Assembly (NCBI GenBank): GCA_054661495.1
Contig: BAAFSQ010000038.1
Location: 25,443-57,442 of the forward strand
Length of the DNA stretch: 32,000 bases
Source: Zygophlyctis sp. KS116
Taxonomy: Eukaryota > Fungi > Chytridiomycota
Direction: 5' to 3'
Shown: one piece after another, positions 11,629-24,020 of the stretch
Position numbering within the stretch: position 1 is the stretch's first letter
Layout: every line of letters begins with the position of its first letter
Notes under the pieces: model-generated
Seen by the model: only the letters and a program-made list of their open reading frames with translations
What the model was told of the DNA's origin: nothing
Databases searched by the model: none
Position numbers and translations under genes: made by a program

Positions 11629-11726
11629 CTTTATTTTAGGGCTGCCTTAGAGGTTGAGCAATTTAGGACAAGTTTTTAGTGGATAAGATAAGCCACAATC
11701 GTCGGCGGAACCTTAAAAGTTAAAAA

Positions 11727-12529
11727 ATGAGCGTCGCAACTCGAAATCTATTTGAACTCTTGGCTGAACCAGATGAGCCAATCGCTGTTATTAAGAAGAA
11801 TGCAGTCGTTGAAAAGAAAAAAGCTGAAAAGCCCATTCCTCTTGGAAAAGTAAAGGAAGAACATCATCCAGATAAGAATCCCAGACATCGTAAACCTGTG
11901 CATGGAAGAGAATTTGATAAACGATCTGCATCTGGTTTCAAGAAAGAAGGTGCAAAGAAGGGATCAGTCGGAAAAGGAAATTGGGGTGTCTTGGGTGAAA
12001 CTGGATCAGAAAAAGAAAAAAATGTTCAAAAGGAAGAAGTCGTCAATGATGAAAATGTAGTTCTTGAAGAAGAAAAAGAAGAAGAAAATTTAAAAACTTT
12101 GGATCAATATCTTTCAGAAAAGGCATCTTCTCTAAAAGCTGATGCACCTGTTAGAAAGGCAAATGAAGGAACAGATGAGTCTCAATGGAAGAATGCAGTC
12201 TTGTTAGTCAAGGAAGATGAAGATCTTGTTGCAGGAAAGGTAAAATTTTATATTTTTAAGAAATATAGGTCAAGAGTAGTAACAATAAGAAAACAAAGGA
12301 AAAATCTCAAAAAGTCACTTTAGATATTGAACAGCGCTTCTCTTCAAAATCTGAAGGAAAAAAGTTTGAAGATAGAAAATTCGAAGGTAGAAAGTTTGAA
12401 GGAAAAAAGTTTGAAGACAAAAAATTTGAAGGAAAAGGAAAGAAGAATGACAGTTTCAAAAAAGGTCCAAAACAGCCAGTTCTGAATGTTTCTGATGCTG
12501 CAGCTTTCCCTTCTCTTGGAAGCAAATAG
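11727..12529 (+). CDS. STM1: Stm1/SERBP1 (HABP4/PAI-RBP1) family ribosome/mRNA-binding protein; intron 12240-12268 (29 nt)
   Basis: N-terminal NLFELL, GREFDKRSASG..KKG..GKGNWG, KTLDQYL, RKANEG..QWK and C-terminal NVSDAAAFPSLG. Confidence 0.85.
12353..12436 (+). repeat. Degenerate 15-nt coding tandem repeat, about 5.5 copies, encoding E(G/D)(K/R)KF
   Basis: gaaggaaaaaagttt gaagatagaaaattc gaaggtagaaagttt gaaggaaaaaagttt gaagacaaaaaattt gaaggaaaa. Confidence 0.85.
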
Positions 12530-12605
12530 TGTTCTTTTATGGGAAATCGCTCTTAAAAAGTATTACAAGATAAATCAATAGAGTTTTTTGTTTGCGGAAT
12601 ATTTT

Positions 12606-14047
12606 CTATCTAATTGAAAGTCGAAAGCCTTTATCTTCATCCTGTGGTTTGATCTTATTGAATACGTTCCAGAAACGTAAAGTTTCATCGCCGGCTCCAG
12701 ACACAATGTTTTGACCGTCAGGTGAAGCTGCAAGATATAAAACTCGTGTGGAATGTCCAGTGAGGCTGGCAATAAGATTCATATTCTTGACTTTCCATAC
12801 ACAAATTTGATTTTGAGAGTATCCATGAGTAGAAACAATTTCATCATCGGTTTTGGAGTATGCGATATTGCAAACCTGGGAGCCTGTATCAATACTAGAT
12901 AAAATCTGGCCATTAATTGCATTACGGAAAGTAATATGACGATCGGCAGTACCTCCTCCAGAGGCTAAAACCCCACTCTGATGGGGCGACCAAGCAAGAG
13001 CTTTAATAGCTGCAGTATGGTCAGTGCATTTTTGAAAAGGCTTTATATGTCTTTTGTCCCATAAAAGTAGCCTATTATCATTTCCTCCTGAAGCTAGAAT
13101 AGTTTCTTCATAACTCCATTTTAGTCCACAAACTTCTTGTCTATGTCCATCCTGAAGTTGCTGAACATAATCTTGCGGTGATCTAACATCGCGGTTAAAT
13201 ATTGTACGGTCCCTAGAGCCAGTTGTCAGACAGTCAACATTCCAAGCCATACATCCCACTCTTGCTTGATGTCCTGAAAACTGTCTAATTTTTTTATTCC
13301 TTTTTATGTCCCAAAGTTGAACATATCCACAATGTGTTCCAACTGCAATTTGGGTTCCTCTTGGGCACCAACTCACCGAAGTTATGGTATCTTGCGGGCC
13401 CAAATCACAAAGCTTAGTAACCTGGTCATAAGATTTAATGAACTTACTTTGCTGGTACAAGCTGACCATAGATAAACACACGAGCCTAAGCCTACTCCTA
13501 AAACATTAGAGTTTGACCAATCAATAAGATTTAAGTAAAAGTCATCCTACAGCATTACTTTAAATTTTGTATCTACCTGAAGATCTGGCGCATCCAGAAC
13601 CTTGTATGGTGTTTTTGAAATTGACCGAGTTTCCTGTCGTGGACCAGTGAGAATATCAAGAGTTTTCTTTGATAATGGTAGCGATTGAAATTTTTCTGAT
13701 GCGACTGATGATGACGGAAAAAGAATTCGATTTATCGGTTGAGTTTTTGTAGGAGATGCAAATGATAAAATAGTCGAGGATTTAGGCATGAACTCAGATT
13801 CCAAGATCCTATCGTACAGAGGTGAATTGGTAGATGGGAACGCCGGCTTTTGTGCATTGCTGGAATCTATTTTGATTTTCTTGTTTGGAGAGTAACTTTT
13901 GTCCAATGGATTGATTGGGACAAATCTAGAATTATATAATTAAATATACCGTGATGAATACGTAATACTCTTACTTGCGGATGAAGGTTTGTTTGATTCG
14001 CTTTTTGATGGCGTGAGATCATACCTTCTTTTGAATTGATGATCCAT
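12606..14047 (-). CDS. CDH1: APC/C coactivator Cdh1/Fzr1 (WD40); introns 13926-13949, 13547-13576, 13422-13447
   Basis: PYKVLDAPDLQDDFYLNLIDWS, GHRQEVCGLKWS, ASGGNDN, ASGGGTADR, AGDETLRFWNVF and a C-terminal IR tail. Confidence 0.92.
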
Positions 14048-14087
14048 ATTAGACTGATAAGAGTAGAGGCGCCTGATAAGTTTCAAA

Positions 14088-14106
14088 ACGCGAAAAAACG
14101 CGAAAA
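14088..14106. promoter_or_regulatory. Tandem ACGCGAAAA elements (SCB/MCB/E2F-like) upstream of CDH1
   Basis: aaaACGCGAAAAaACGCGAAAA, 41-59 nt from the CDH1 ATG, in a CpG-poor background. Confidence 0.6.
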
Positions 14107-14153
14107 TTGTGTGGCACTGTTTCGCTCAACACAATACCCAGTTATATGCCTGT

Positions 14154-15005
14154 ATGAAGATTGGCTGCATACAATTTACTCCCATTCGTGGGGATTTTAG
14201 TGCCACAATTAGAAAGGTTGAAGCTATTTTATCACCACTTTCCAAAGGCTCCTTATCTATACTGATTATGCCAGAGAGTACCTAATTTAATGTAATCAAT
14301 ATAGTGACCTTTCCTGGCTATGCTTTTAATGCCGATGAAATGAAAAAATTGGCAAATGATGGTATTGAGAAAAAGACTATTGATTGGGGAATAGCATCTG
14401 CCAAAAGGCTAGCAAGTTTCATACAGATTGGATATCCACGGTTTGTCTCAGGAAATCTTAGAGATAAAACAGATAGATTTTATAATTCAGTTTCTCTGAT
14501 TTCCCCTGATGGAGATATTTTATATACGTACGATAAACATTTTCTATTCAGTGCAGATGAATTGTGGGCAACAGCAGGAGAAGGTTTCAAATCTTTTGAC
14601 TGCAATCCTTTTGGTAGAATTGGTTCAGGAATATGTATGGATATAAATCCTTACAAATTTGAAGCACCCTTTGATGCTTTTGAATTTGCAAATTTCCACG
14701 TTTTAGAAAAAACAAGATTTATTTTTCTGTCGATGGCATGGTTGAAATCTGCGGAACATACTCCATTCTCATTGATTTATTACTGGATTCAGCGTCTAGA
14801 ACCATTTTTAAGCGCATCCAAAAATACAAATGTTCCTATTATTGTCGCCATATCAAATAGGAATGGAATAGAAGGGGAAACGACTTATGCTGGATCTAGT
14901 TGTATTCTCAGATTTTCTCAGGGGCGTGTGAAAATAATGGATCATTTGAACACTGAAGATGAATCTTTGTTGTTTGTTGATTTTAATGATGAAAAATTGT
15001 GCTGA
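14154..15005 (+). CDS. NTA1: Protein N-terminal amidase (nitrilase superfamily, Nta1-like); intron 14278-14304 (27 nt)
   Basis: MKIGCIQF.P, catalytic PEMTFPGY after splicing, YDKHFLF..DE.WA, GICMDINPYKFEAPFDAFEFA, NRNGIEG..YAGSS. Confidence 0.85.
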
Positions 15006-15016
15006 TTTAATTGAAA

Positions 15017-16987
15017 CTAAAATTCTCTTTGAGGAACTTTCTGCTTTTTTACTTTTCGTGCATCACCGACTGCCCCGAGCGAACGTTTTAAGAGCAAGTC
15101 TGACGCTTCTCCTCTAGTCATTTTCGCGATCCATTTATCAATATTCCATTTCTGTAGGAGTTGGCGCTGATCTTCAGAAACTGGTAGCTTTCTCCATGTA
15201 GCCGATAATTGAAACTTTTTGGATCTCATATAACCAACTTTTTCAATTATATAAGTGTTAGCACAGCCAACAGCAGACTTGAACGAATCATGGGTGAAAA
15301 TTTGTACCGTCTTCTTGTATTTCCTGCGGCTTAATCCTTCATAAAGGCCGTCATCTATGGTTTAATCTTATTTATATACTGTTATCCTTGATAATTAAGA
15401 TTTCATCCGAAAGATTTAAAGCCCAGATGTTTGATTGAACTCTGACCCACGCAAATTGTGAAAGTGAAGAGATAAATTGTTTTTCAGCCTCAAGAGCTTC
15501 GATACCAAATGGATCAACAAACCTCTCGATGGACAAATTCAGATTTGAACCATTCATCGCATTTTCCAAAATATTTTCTATTTCTTCTGTAGACTTTGCT
15601 GCGTGTACTTTTTCGTATAAAACAGTAGAATCTTGAGGAACCTTTTTTACATACTGGATCAAATCAGAAGCACGTTTACCTATTTCTATCAACTTATTTA
15701 ATTACCATTTGCCGAAAAGTCCCTATTTAAGCCTAAAAGAGAAGGTACATTTGCTTTTCGCATCCCATGATTAATAGAATCTTCAAAATCGAGAACTAAA
15801 CAAAATTCTTTCCCTTCTGACAGCCTTAAACCTCTTTTAATAAGTCACAAATTAAAAACCTTCCCAACATTTGCTGCAAAAGAACAGCAGACTTTGTCGG
15901 ACGTGCCAACATAATACAATCCACTGGGGGAATGTCGGTACCTTCTGTCAAAATAGCTTAAATTGAGTTAAATAATTCAAAATACCGCAATTAACTAGAA
16001 CAGGGAATTTACCGCACTTGAAATCGTAAATCAACTGAGATCTATCATAACTTTTTGTAGCTCCTGATACTCCTCTTGCATCAATCCCTTGATCCCTAAA
16101 AGCTTTTACAAGATCGTTTATATGTTTTACGTCAGCCGCAAATACAAGAGTAGACTTTTTTTGATACTTTTCAACTTGAGTAAGATAAAGCACGCCTACC
16201 AACTTGATGAAGATAAACTTGAACTATACATTTATTCCTTGATTCTACATTAATGGATCTTGATAGTGATTTGACTGAATAATCCCCAGCAACAACTTTT
16301 AAATCATCTAAACGTATATCTGTCATTACTTTTTCTATAACCATATCTGATAGAAATTTGTCCGCAATCAAATCTCCAATATGTTTTGTAAATACAATCT
16401 TGTCAAAAACATTTCCAAGACTAATCCCATCATGCCTCCTTAAAGTTGCCGAACATCCCCCTATCATTATTTACGTAAAGTTCAATTACATAGTAGAATA
16501 TGATTATTTGGTTCGTTAATCTTGAAATGATCAATAATCCTAGAATATGATTGAGCGGCAGCATGATGTGCCTCATCTATAATTATACAGTTAAAATCCT
16601 TTGGATTATAGAAGTCCAGTCTATTAGAACCTTTTCTTCCTAGACTACCAACACTCTAATTTTAGCTTACTTATAATTTCTTCTTACAGCAATAATGATA
16701 TCTGATGAAGCATCTGGCTTCTTTATCCCTTGATCAAAAGAAATCTTTGAATCTGGCAGAAATTTACTGCATTGATGATATGCTTGAGTTAATAATTCTT
16801 CCCGATGAGCAATAATAAGAGTTTTTCCATTTTTAAAATGTTTAATAAGATTCGAAAACACCACCGTCTTTCCTGAACCAACCGGTAAAGACACCGCCAT
16901 TTTCCGTAGTCCATTCTTGTACTGCGATAGTGTAACATCAATACATTCTTGCTGATATGGTCTCAGATAACTTAAAAACCTTTTCAT
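15017..16987 (-). CDS. IRC3: Irc3-like SF2 DExH helicase, probably mitochondrial, 8 exons
   Basis: [70 protein letters not shown]. Introns: 16656-16687, 16461-16489, 16175-16199, 15957-15985, 15834-15859, 15680-15705, 15355-15379. Confidence 0.85.
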
Positions 16988-17011
16988 AGTCTATAATTTC
17001 TATTAAGTGTT

Positions 17012-17520
<509 letters not shown>

Positions 17521-17536
17521 CCGGAAGATTTGAAAA

Positions 17537-17545
17537 TTTTCGCGT
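17537..17545 (-). promoter_or_regulatory. ACGCGAAAA element just upstream of FAM72
   Basis: ttttcgcgt on the + strand, 17-25 nt upstream of the FAM72 ATG; same 9-mer as at CDH1. Confidence 0.5.
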
Positions 17546-17621
17546 TCCGAGTTGGATGCTCGTCAAAGCATCAAAAGCCGGCCGTTCCAACAAAAAATTT
17601 CCTTTTTTTCCCCTTAAAAAA

Positions 17622-18135
17622 ATGTCAAAAACATTGTTTGATTTTACTGTTAAAGACCTTCGTGGAAAACCATTTGATTTAAAAAGTTTATCAGGTAAAC
17701 TTACACTTGTTGTGAATGTTGCTTCTAAATGTGGCTTAACCGCTCAGTACAAGGGACTGGAAGATTTATATCAAAAGTATAAAAGTAAAGGACTAGTAGT
17801 CATTGGATTTCCTTGTAATCAATTTGGAGGTCAGGAACCAGGAGGTCCAGATGAGATTTCTGCTTGTTCATTGAATTATGGTGTAACGTTTCCTATTATG
17901 GAAAAGATTGATGTCAATGGAGCGAATACACATCCAATTTATGAATTTTTAAAGTCTTCAAAGCCTGGAATACTAGGAATTCAAATGATTAAATGGAATT
18001 TTGAAAAGTTTCTAGGTATATTTTAATTTACTGAATAATATAGTTGATAAAGATGGAAAAGTTATTGAAAGATGGGTAAGTACCTCTACTCCTGAATCTA
18101 TTGATCCTACAATTTTAAAGAATTTACCGCAATAG
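17622..18135 (+). CDS. Cys-type glutathione/thioredoxin peroxidase (Gpx/Hyr1-like); intron 18016-18043 (28 nt)
   Basis: VNVASKCGLT (TGT Cys, not Sec), GFPCNQFGGQEP, KWNFEKFL|VDKDGKVIER. Confidence 0.92.
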
Positions 18136-18210
18136 AATTTGAAATAGGCTTACAATGATTGTGAGAAACTTTATAAATTCTTGAGAAGCTTTTTGAGAGC
18201 TTGTTAAAAA

Positions 18211-18651
18211 ATGGTAAAATCATTTGAATCCTTTCAAGACGCTCTAGACTCTGGATGTATTATTACAGAGTATCATAAGCATCAAGAGAATCCAAATTTT
18301 ACTGTTCATGTTAAAAGAGCAGATGGGACTACTCATGCTTATACAAATATTTCTCCTGAACATTTGAAATCAGGTCTTGGATCGGCAAAGAAGGAATTGG
18401 AGCAAACTTGGGAATCTCCTTATAAACCAGGATCTAAAAAGAAACTCGTTGGACCTTCATTTCAGGATTGTATTTATTTTAAATTTATAATAGGTGTTGA
18501 AAAAGGAGGAAAGATTACAGATTTTCATAAAACTGCTAAAGGAACTTTTGCTGTTCATATAGAAACAGATGATGGTGTTCGACATTCATTTTCTTCAGTT
18601 TCGGACAAACACTTGTCCAGAGTTCCTGGGTTCAATGCCGTTGAAGAGTAA
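18211..18651 (+). CDS. Uncharacterised small protein made of two tandem His-containing repeats; in-frame intron 18470-18493 (24 nt)
   Basis: Internal duplication SFQD....G..IT..HK.....F.VH....DG..H.....S..HL. The two repeats align only after intron removal. Confidence 0.75.
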   Translation: MVKSFESFQDALDSGCIITEYHKHQENPNFTVHVKRADGTTHAYTNISPEHLKSGLGSAKKELEQTWESPYKPGSKKKLVGPSFQDCIYFKFIIGVEKGGKITDFHKTAKGTFAVHIETDDGVRHSFSSVSDKHLSRVPGFNAVEE

Positions 18652-18673
18652 ATTTGAAACCCTTTTAGAAAAA

Positions 18674-20382
18674 ATGAGTATGATTCTTGCATTACACAAA
18701 AGACTCTTTTCTACAAATAAATTTGCATTGCAAAAAGGAATTATTGATAGCTTAACTGATCCCATGAATCCCTTGAAATTTCTTCCGGCTGAAAGAAATT
18801 CAAGTTTATTTTCATCCTTATCAGAAGATGAAATGTTAAGGTTAAGGTTAGAAGACTGGCATAGAGTCTTTGAAAACATTACACCAAGAGACTGGACAGA
18901 ATGTAAAATATCTCCAGAAATTCAGGATAAGAGTTTATATTTTTTATCAGAAATGAAATCTTTGGGAATTACTCCTGATGCATTTATCTACTCTAGTCTC
19001 TGCAAGATCTTTTCTGATGACTTTAAAAAAGCTCAAGAATTTTATCAATTTGCACTCAAGTCTGAAAAGTCTAAATTCTATACAGGGTTTGATTTTGATT
19101 TTAGGGCTGGGATATCACCACTAAAACTTGTCAATAACCGCTCAATTCAGACAATGCTAGAGATTTTCAACTCTAAACATAAATCATATCAATTAAAAAA
19201 CTTGCTGTTTGATCTCTGGGATGATTTAAGAACTGTCAAAATTAACCCTACCACGAAAACTTTGATTTCATTCTTAAAATCTAAAGGCATTGAAAATACT
19301 GGAGATTTTGTATCTAATATTCATCAGAAATTGACATGGAGGAAAACAGTACTTAAAGAGAAATGGGATCAGGAAATCTATGGTGCTTTGATGAATGCAT
19401 ACTCTAGAATGGGGTTTTTTGATGTAGTAGATAAACTATACGTGGAAATGAAGGTGGAAGGGATTCAAATTAACAGGTAATTTCAACTTATAAAAGTTTT
19501 AGAGAATGTTTTACAGCATATTTAAGAGTGTTGGAACAAAAAGATAAATTTAAACGTTGTTTGGTGATTCAAAAAGAAATGGAATCATTAGAAAATTCAT
19601 TTGATAACAAATCAATTGAAATTCTCTTAAATGCATCTTTTGAATTGGGCGATTTAGAAAACATTTATAATTTATATCAGAAATGCTTATTGCATATTGA
19701 AAAAGAATCTAATCAAGTCACCTGGAGAAGTTTAGAGAGCTGTCTGCAGACTTTTTCAAGATTAGGAAAAAAGAAGGAATGTATAGAAATTTATGAAAAA
19801 TATAAAGCTTCAAGGATAAAGGCATCTACAGAATATAATTCAAAATATAAGTTATCAAGACCAACTACAGATCTACAAGAAAACATCACATTTTCTAGAT
19901 TATACATGTTACCAGAACCTCCAAGAGATATTCTTTATCAAATGGCGTATGTTTTTGGATATAATCTTGATTCTGAATCTATACTTAAATTCTTTAAAGA
20001 AGAAGTTTTTGATTCTAAAAGACTTTTACTCTATCAATATCGCAAGGATCTTGGATTATCAAAAGAAATCAAAAATGATACCGATAAATCTCAAAAAAAG
20101 ATTAATAACATTAGATCTCATAAAGGTCCTCAAAGTAATCTTTTAATCAGAAAGTACAAGGATTCTATTTCTAGAAATAACAAGAGTTTGAAACGCAACC
20201 AAGGCCTTCAAGTTGGAGAATCAGGACCAGTTGCGATTGTTTATCAAGGACTAATCCAAGGATGGAAAAAAGGCATAGAAAATCTAGGAACTGAAGCTAC
20301 TGAATCTACTGGAACATATTACATACTGATGGATAATTTAGTGAATGAATTAGTGGAATTTGAAAGTTGTGAAAAAAAGTAA
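18674..20382 (+). CDS. Pentatricopeptide-repeat (PPR)-like protein, probably mitochondrial; intron 19477-19502 (26 nt)
   Basis: Presequence-like MSMILALHKRLFSTNK. PPR-like motifs EMKSLGITPDAFIYSSL and IYGALMNAYSRMGFFDVVDKLYVEMKVEGIQIN. Confidence 0.7.
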
Positions 20383-20386
20383 AATT

Positions 20387-21805
20387 ATGAATGATCCATA
20401 CACAAATGACCCAGAGTATCAAGCTACAGATTTAGAATCTAAATATCCCCCTCCATTCTTTCCGCCGAATGCTAAAACTAGATTTCATCCTTACAATTCA
20501 AAGCCCAGATCAACACAACAGTCTGATCAACGATTGGCGAAGCCAGTGGAAGCATTTAAACAGCTTAAATTTAGGACAGACAAACAGATCCCTCATTCTC
20601 AGACTATAGGCTGGATGCCACAATCAGAATTAAAGGAAATGGAGCAAGGCGATCTGTGTCTTACTCTTGGTAAAGCTTCTTATCCAAATTATAATGAATT
20701 TTCAATGGAAGAATTGGCAGAAAAACTCAATGTGCAAAGAGTATTTTAAAATAATCTAACGATTAGTTGAAATCTTCAAAACTGCCGACGGATCTTTTCG
20801 TCAGTGCACGATCAAAGTCTAATCCGTATGAATCAGTTTACCAATCCGATTTTAAGAATACAGATGCTATTAAATTGGCTAATCTAGATTTATTAGCTAA
20901 TCTGTTCCCAAAAGACAAATCGGAAAAGTTTACATTTTTAAGTGTTGGAAAGTCTAGTGGATTTGCAGAATACTTGCTCTTTAAAAATCCAAATTCAAAA
21001 GGCTACGGGCTTAATATCCCAGAAGAGAGTATTAAAGATGAAAAGTTTGTTAATTTATCTCTGGAGTTGAATGTTAATGATTTGAAAGATGTATCGAGTA
21101 GATGCCAAAAGATTTTACTAGAGACTGATTCTAAAGGGGTTGATTTTGTCTCGGCATTAACAGATGTATATTCCTTATTCAGTGAAACTCATGAATTAGA
21201 TTTTAGATTTTAAGGGTGATGTTTCTAATTCAGAATTTCATAGCAAGCGCTTACTGATTTTAGAATTATTTATAATGTTTAATGTGCTCAAGCGCGGAGG
21301 AGATTTTGTCTTAAGAATGTTTGATATCAATACTAGATTCTCTGTTGATATTTTATACATTCTTTATCGATATTTTTCTAAAGTTGCGATATGTAAACCG
21401 TTTAGTTCACGAGCAAGCGAGAGCGAAAGATTTATTGTTTGTCTAGAATTACAAAAGGATTTTCCAAAAACTATTACTGATCATTTATCAACTGTTTTTG
21501 AATCATTCGGTAATGATTTAAGCTTGGGAACAGCTATAATACCTTTTAAAGATCATGTTCGATCATCCCAATCGCATGTTTTATCATTTATTAAGGAAAA
21601 CTTAATATTTGAAAATGAAGATTTTATTGATTCTGTTCAAGGATCGAATATGAAGTATATTTTAATAATTAATTTTAGGCTCGTAATCAGGGAACGTGAA
21701 GCATTAGAAGAGCTAATTAGTTATGCGAGCAAAGCGATACTACTAGAATATGATCAGTCTGAAATCAAGAAGAGATGTTTTCTGGAATGGGGTATAAAAG
21801 TATAA
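20387..21805 (+). CDS. FtsJ/RrmJ-fold cap 2'-O-methyltransferase (CMTR1)-like protein with degenerate active site; introns 20741-20766, an ambiguous one (21182-21206 or 21166-21199), and 21655-21678
   Basis: RSKSNPYE, AIKLANLD, GFAEYLL, LKRGGDFVLRMFD, KPFSSRASESERFIVC parallel CMTR1 motif blocks. Confidence 0.7.
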
Positions 21806-21898
21806 TATATTTTTAGCGATTTAAAAAATCAAGGATTTTATGATGTGGCTGTCGGACAAGTGATATTAATTTTGGCGGATTTATTATTTGATAAAAAT

Positions 21899-22446
21899 AT
21901 GTTGATCTTTGTTGCCTTTTGCATGCTAATTCCAAGTGCTTTGACCCAATCTACTACTACCGTTGGTGGAAACAACAAGCCAAGTTGTATGTACGCTCCT
22001 AATCAAACTGACTTTAACTCTTGTGTTTTCAATGCTCTCGGTGGAGCAGAGGATCAGACGGCTGCATGTGCCATATTCCAAGGAAGAGGGAACTATGGTG
22101 TGTGCTTATGTACCAAATCCAAGGATGTATTTACGTGGTAAGTTTGATCATTTAGTAAAGAGTAAGTTATGAGAATTATTGCCCCACAGATTTCAGTGCA
22201 CCTATCTTTATGAAGTACTTTTGGAACTTTTGTAAGGCACACGAATCCAATCTTCCATTGAAAGACGTTGCGATTACTGGAATCCCAATTGTAGCAACAC
22301 TGCAAACAAGCTCTAGTACCATCATGGCAACAACTTCTATAAAGCATTCATTTTTCCCTAGTGGTGGATCGATGCTTATGGATTATTTCTCAATCTGGAT
22401 CATCATAGCATCAATGGTGCTCTCGTTTGGTGTTATACTTGCTTGA
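21899..22446 (+). CDS. Secreted 8-Cys CFEM-like protein with predicted GPI anchor (paralog A); intron 22138-22166
   Basis: Signal peptide, C-C-C-CxC-C-C-C pattern, S/T-rich linker and hydrophobic C-terminus. Confidence 0.75.
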
Positions 22447-22621
22447 ATAAATTAAAATAATATAAATCATTCTTATTTGTAAATATTTTAATTTCTTGCT
22501 AAATATATTGCATTAGTTATCAGATCTTCCCATGTCCGAATTGCGATCCGTTAATTACACGCAATCGCCGCCCGATCTCATCCGCTAGAGATTAAACTAA
22601 ACTTCTCCGCCTTAAGAAATA

Positions 22622-23195
22622 ATGATTGCGATCGCCTTATTGCTTATATTTACTGTATATTCGCCATTTGCTATTAGCCAACAGTCAAATACTTCTCCAA
22701 CATGTCAGCAAATTGCAAATCAGACTGTGTTTAATCGATGTGTCCGAGTAGTGCTTCGTGTTAAAGATACTCAGGGTGCGCAGATTGCCTCAGATCAGGT
22801 GGGTGCATGTTATACACAACAAGGGAATTCTACCGCTTATCAAAAATGCCTCTGTGCAAAGACATCTGCAATATTGAATTGGTATATTTAAATTTCCTTA
22901 GAATGATAGCTATGATTTATGGTGTTTGAATGATGCTGGATCTGTTGTCCAATCTAATTATCAGCTTCTGTTTTGTCAAGCTTTTCATTCCGGACAAGTA
23001 TTTACCGCAATGCCTACTCTTGCAGGTATTCCTGCAGCCCCAACTGATAATGGGGCTGTTCAAGTTCCTGCATTTACTCCAGCAGTCCCAAGAAATTATG
23101 GAAATCCAAAAAGTGGGGCAGAAACATATCAATTCTCGGCTTATGTATTGCCAATTATCGTATCTACGATGATCATGTCTCTGATATTTTTGTAA
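22622..23195 (+). CDS. Secreted 8-Cys CFEM-like GPI protein (paralog B); intron 22882-22909
   Basis: Signal peptide; DQVGAC..YQKCLCAK..NC|YDLWC..D..FC; P/A/T linker; hydrophobic tail. Confidence 0.75.
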
Positions 23196-23274
23196 ACATT
23201 AAAAATTATTATAGCCTTATAATAATGTCATTTTCTTTTGAGATCGAATGAAAATCAAAGTAAATTTATATATT

Positions 23275-23880
23275 TCAAGCAAAACACATTAGGAGCATTA
23301 GGAAGGCTGAAACGCCTATTGCTCCAAAAATATCATCTTTCAATCCTTTGCTGTTTGGAAAAGGAGGAAGACCATTCAAATCAACACCAGCAACACTTGA
23401 AGATGAAGGTAATGAAAGCATAGGAGGGATCGTAGCCGTAGAACTGGCTGCAGATGTAGATAAGCCAATCGTTTGTGACACACTGAGAGTCTCCAATGTT
23501 GCAATTGATGTCATCGTAGTCAGTTGGGTTGTTGTAGCTTTAACATTGCAATAATTTGCTTGGTCTTGTATCTGATTTCTTAATCCAGCATCTCCAGCGC
23601 AGTGATCACTATAACTAACTTGTTAAGCCGAATGAAAAGCATACCATTTTACAACACCACTTGCTGCGGCACACATGCATGCATTATACGCATCTCCAGA
23701 ATTCCCAGAGCATGCAGTCCTTGAGTCTGATGCCCCACCTGCTCCAAAAGCTTTGAATGCACAAGCTTTAAATCCATCCACATTCCCAGACGCTGAAATA
23801 CACGTAACCGGTGCCTTCACCGAAGGAAGTATTAGACCAATAACAAACATCCAAAAATAAATATTTCTTTGAGAGATCAT
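23275..23880 (-). CDS. Secreted 8-Cys CFEM-like GPI protein (paralog C); intron 23615-23644
   Basis: Signal peptide; DSRTAC..YNACMCAA..KC|YSDHCAGD..YC; S/T linker; hydrophobic tail. Confidence 0.75.
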
Positions 23881-24020
23881 GATTTGAAAGAACAAGCGGT
23901 GTATTTTTGATTTTAATATAATCCTTTCTCTATCAATATCAAAAGTTATGTCCGATCCGCACAATATTAAATTTCGGACTATAAATTAACTGTGATTATC
24001 AAAATCTTTCCAGAAAAAAT

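Noticed and set aside
12353-12436. Short repeat array considered as CRISPR-like or a non-coding satellite
   Set aside because: No spacers; it is a coding pentapeptide repeat in a eukaryotic gene.
14146-14157. Tiny uORF (ATG CCT GTA TGA) overlapping the NTA1 start
   Set aside because: It may lie upstream of the transcription start and is easily produced by chance.
17730-17732. Possible selenocysteine in the peroxidase
   Set aside because: The active-site codon is TGT (Cys).
18160-18203. GAGAA(A/G)CTTT near-repeats as heat-shock elements
   Set aside because: They do not form proper alternating nGAAn arrays; too weak to call.
19069-19104. Possible 36-nt in-frame intron in the PPR gene (GTCTAA...TTTTAG)
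   Set aside because: Not needed for the frame, weak donor and longer than other introns; undecidable without RNA data.
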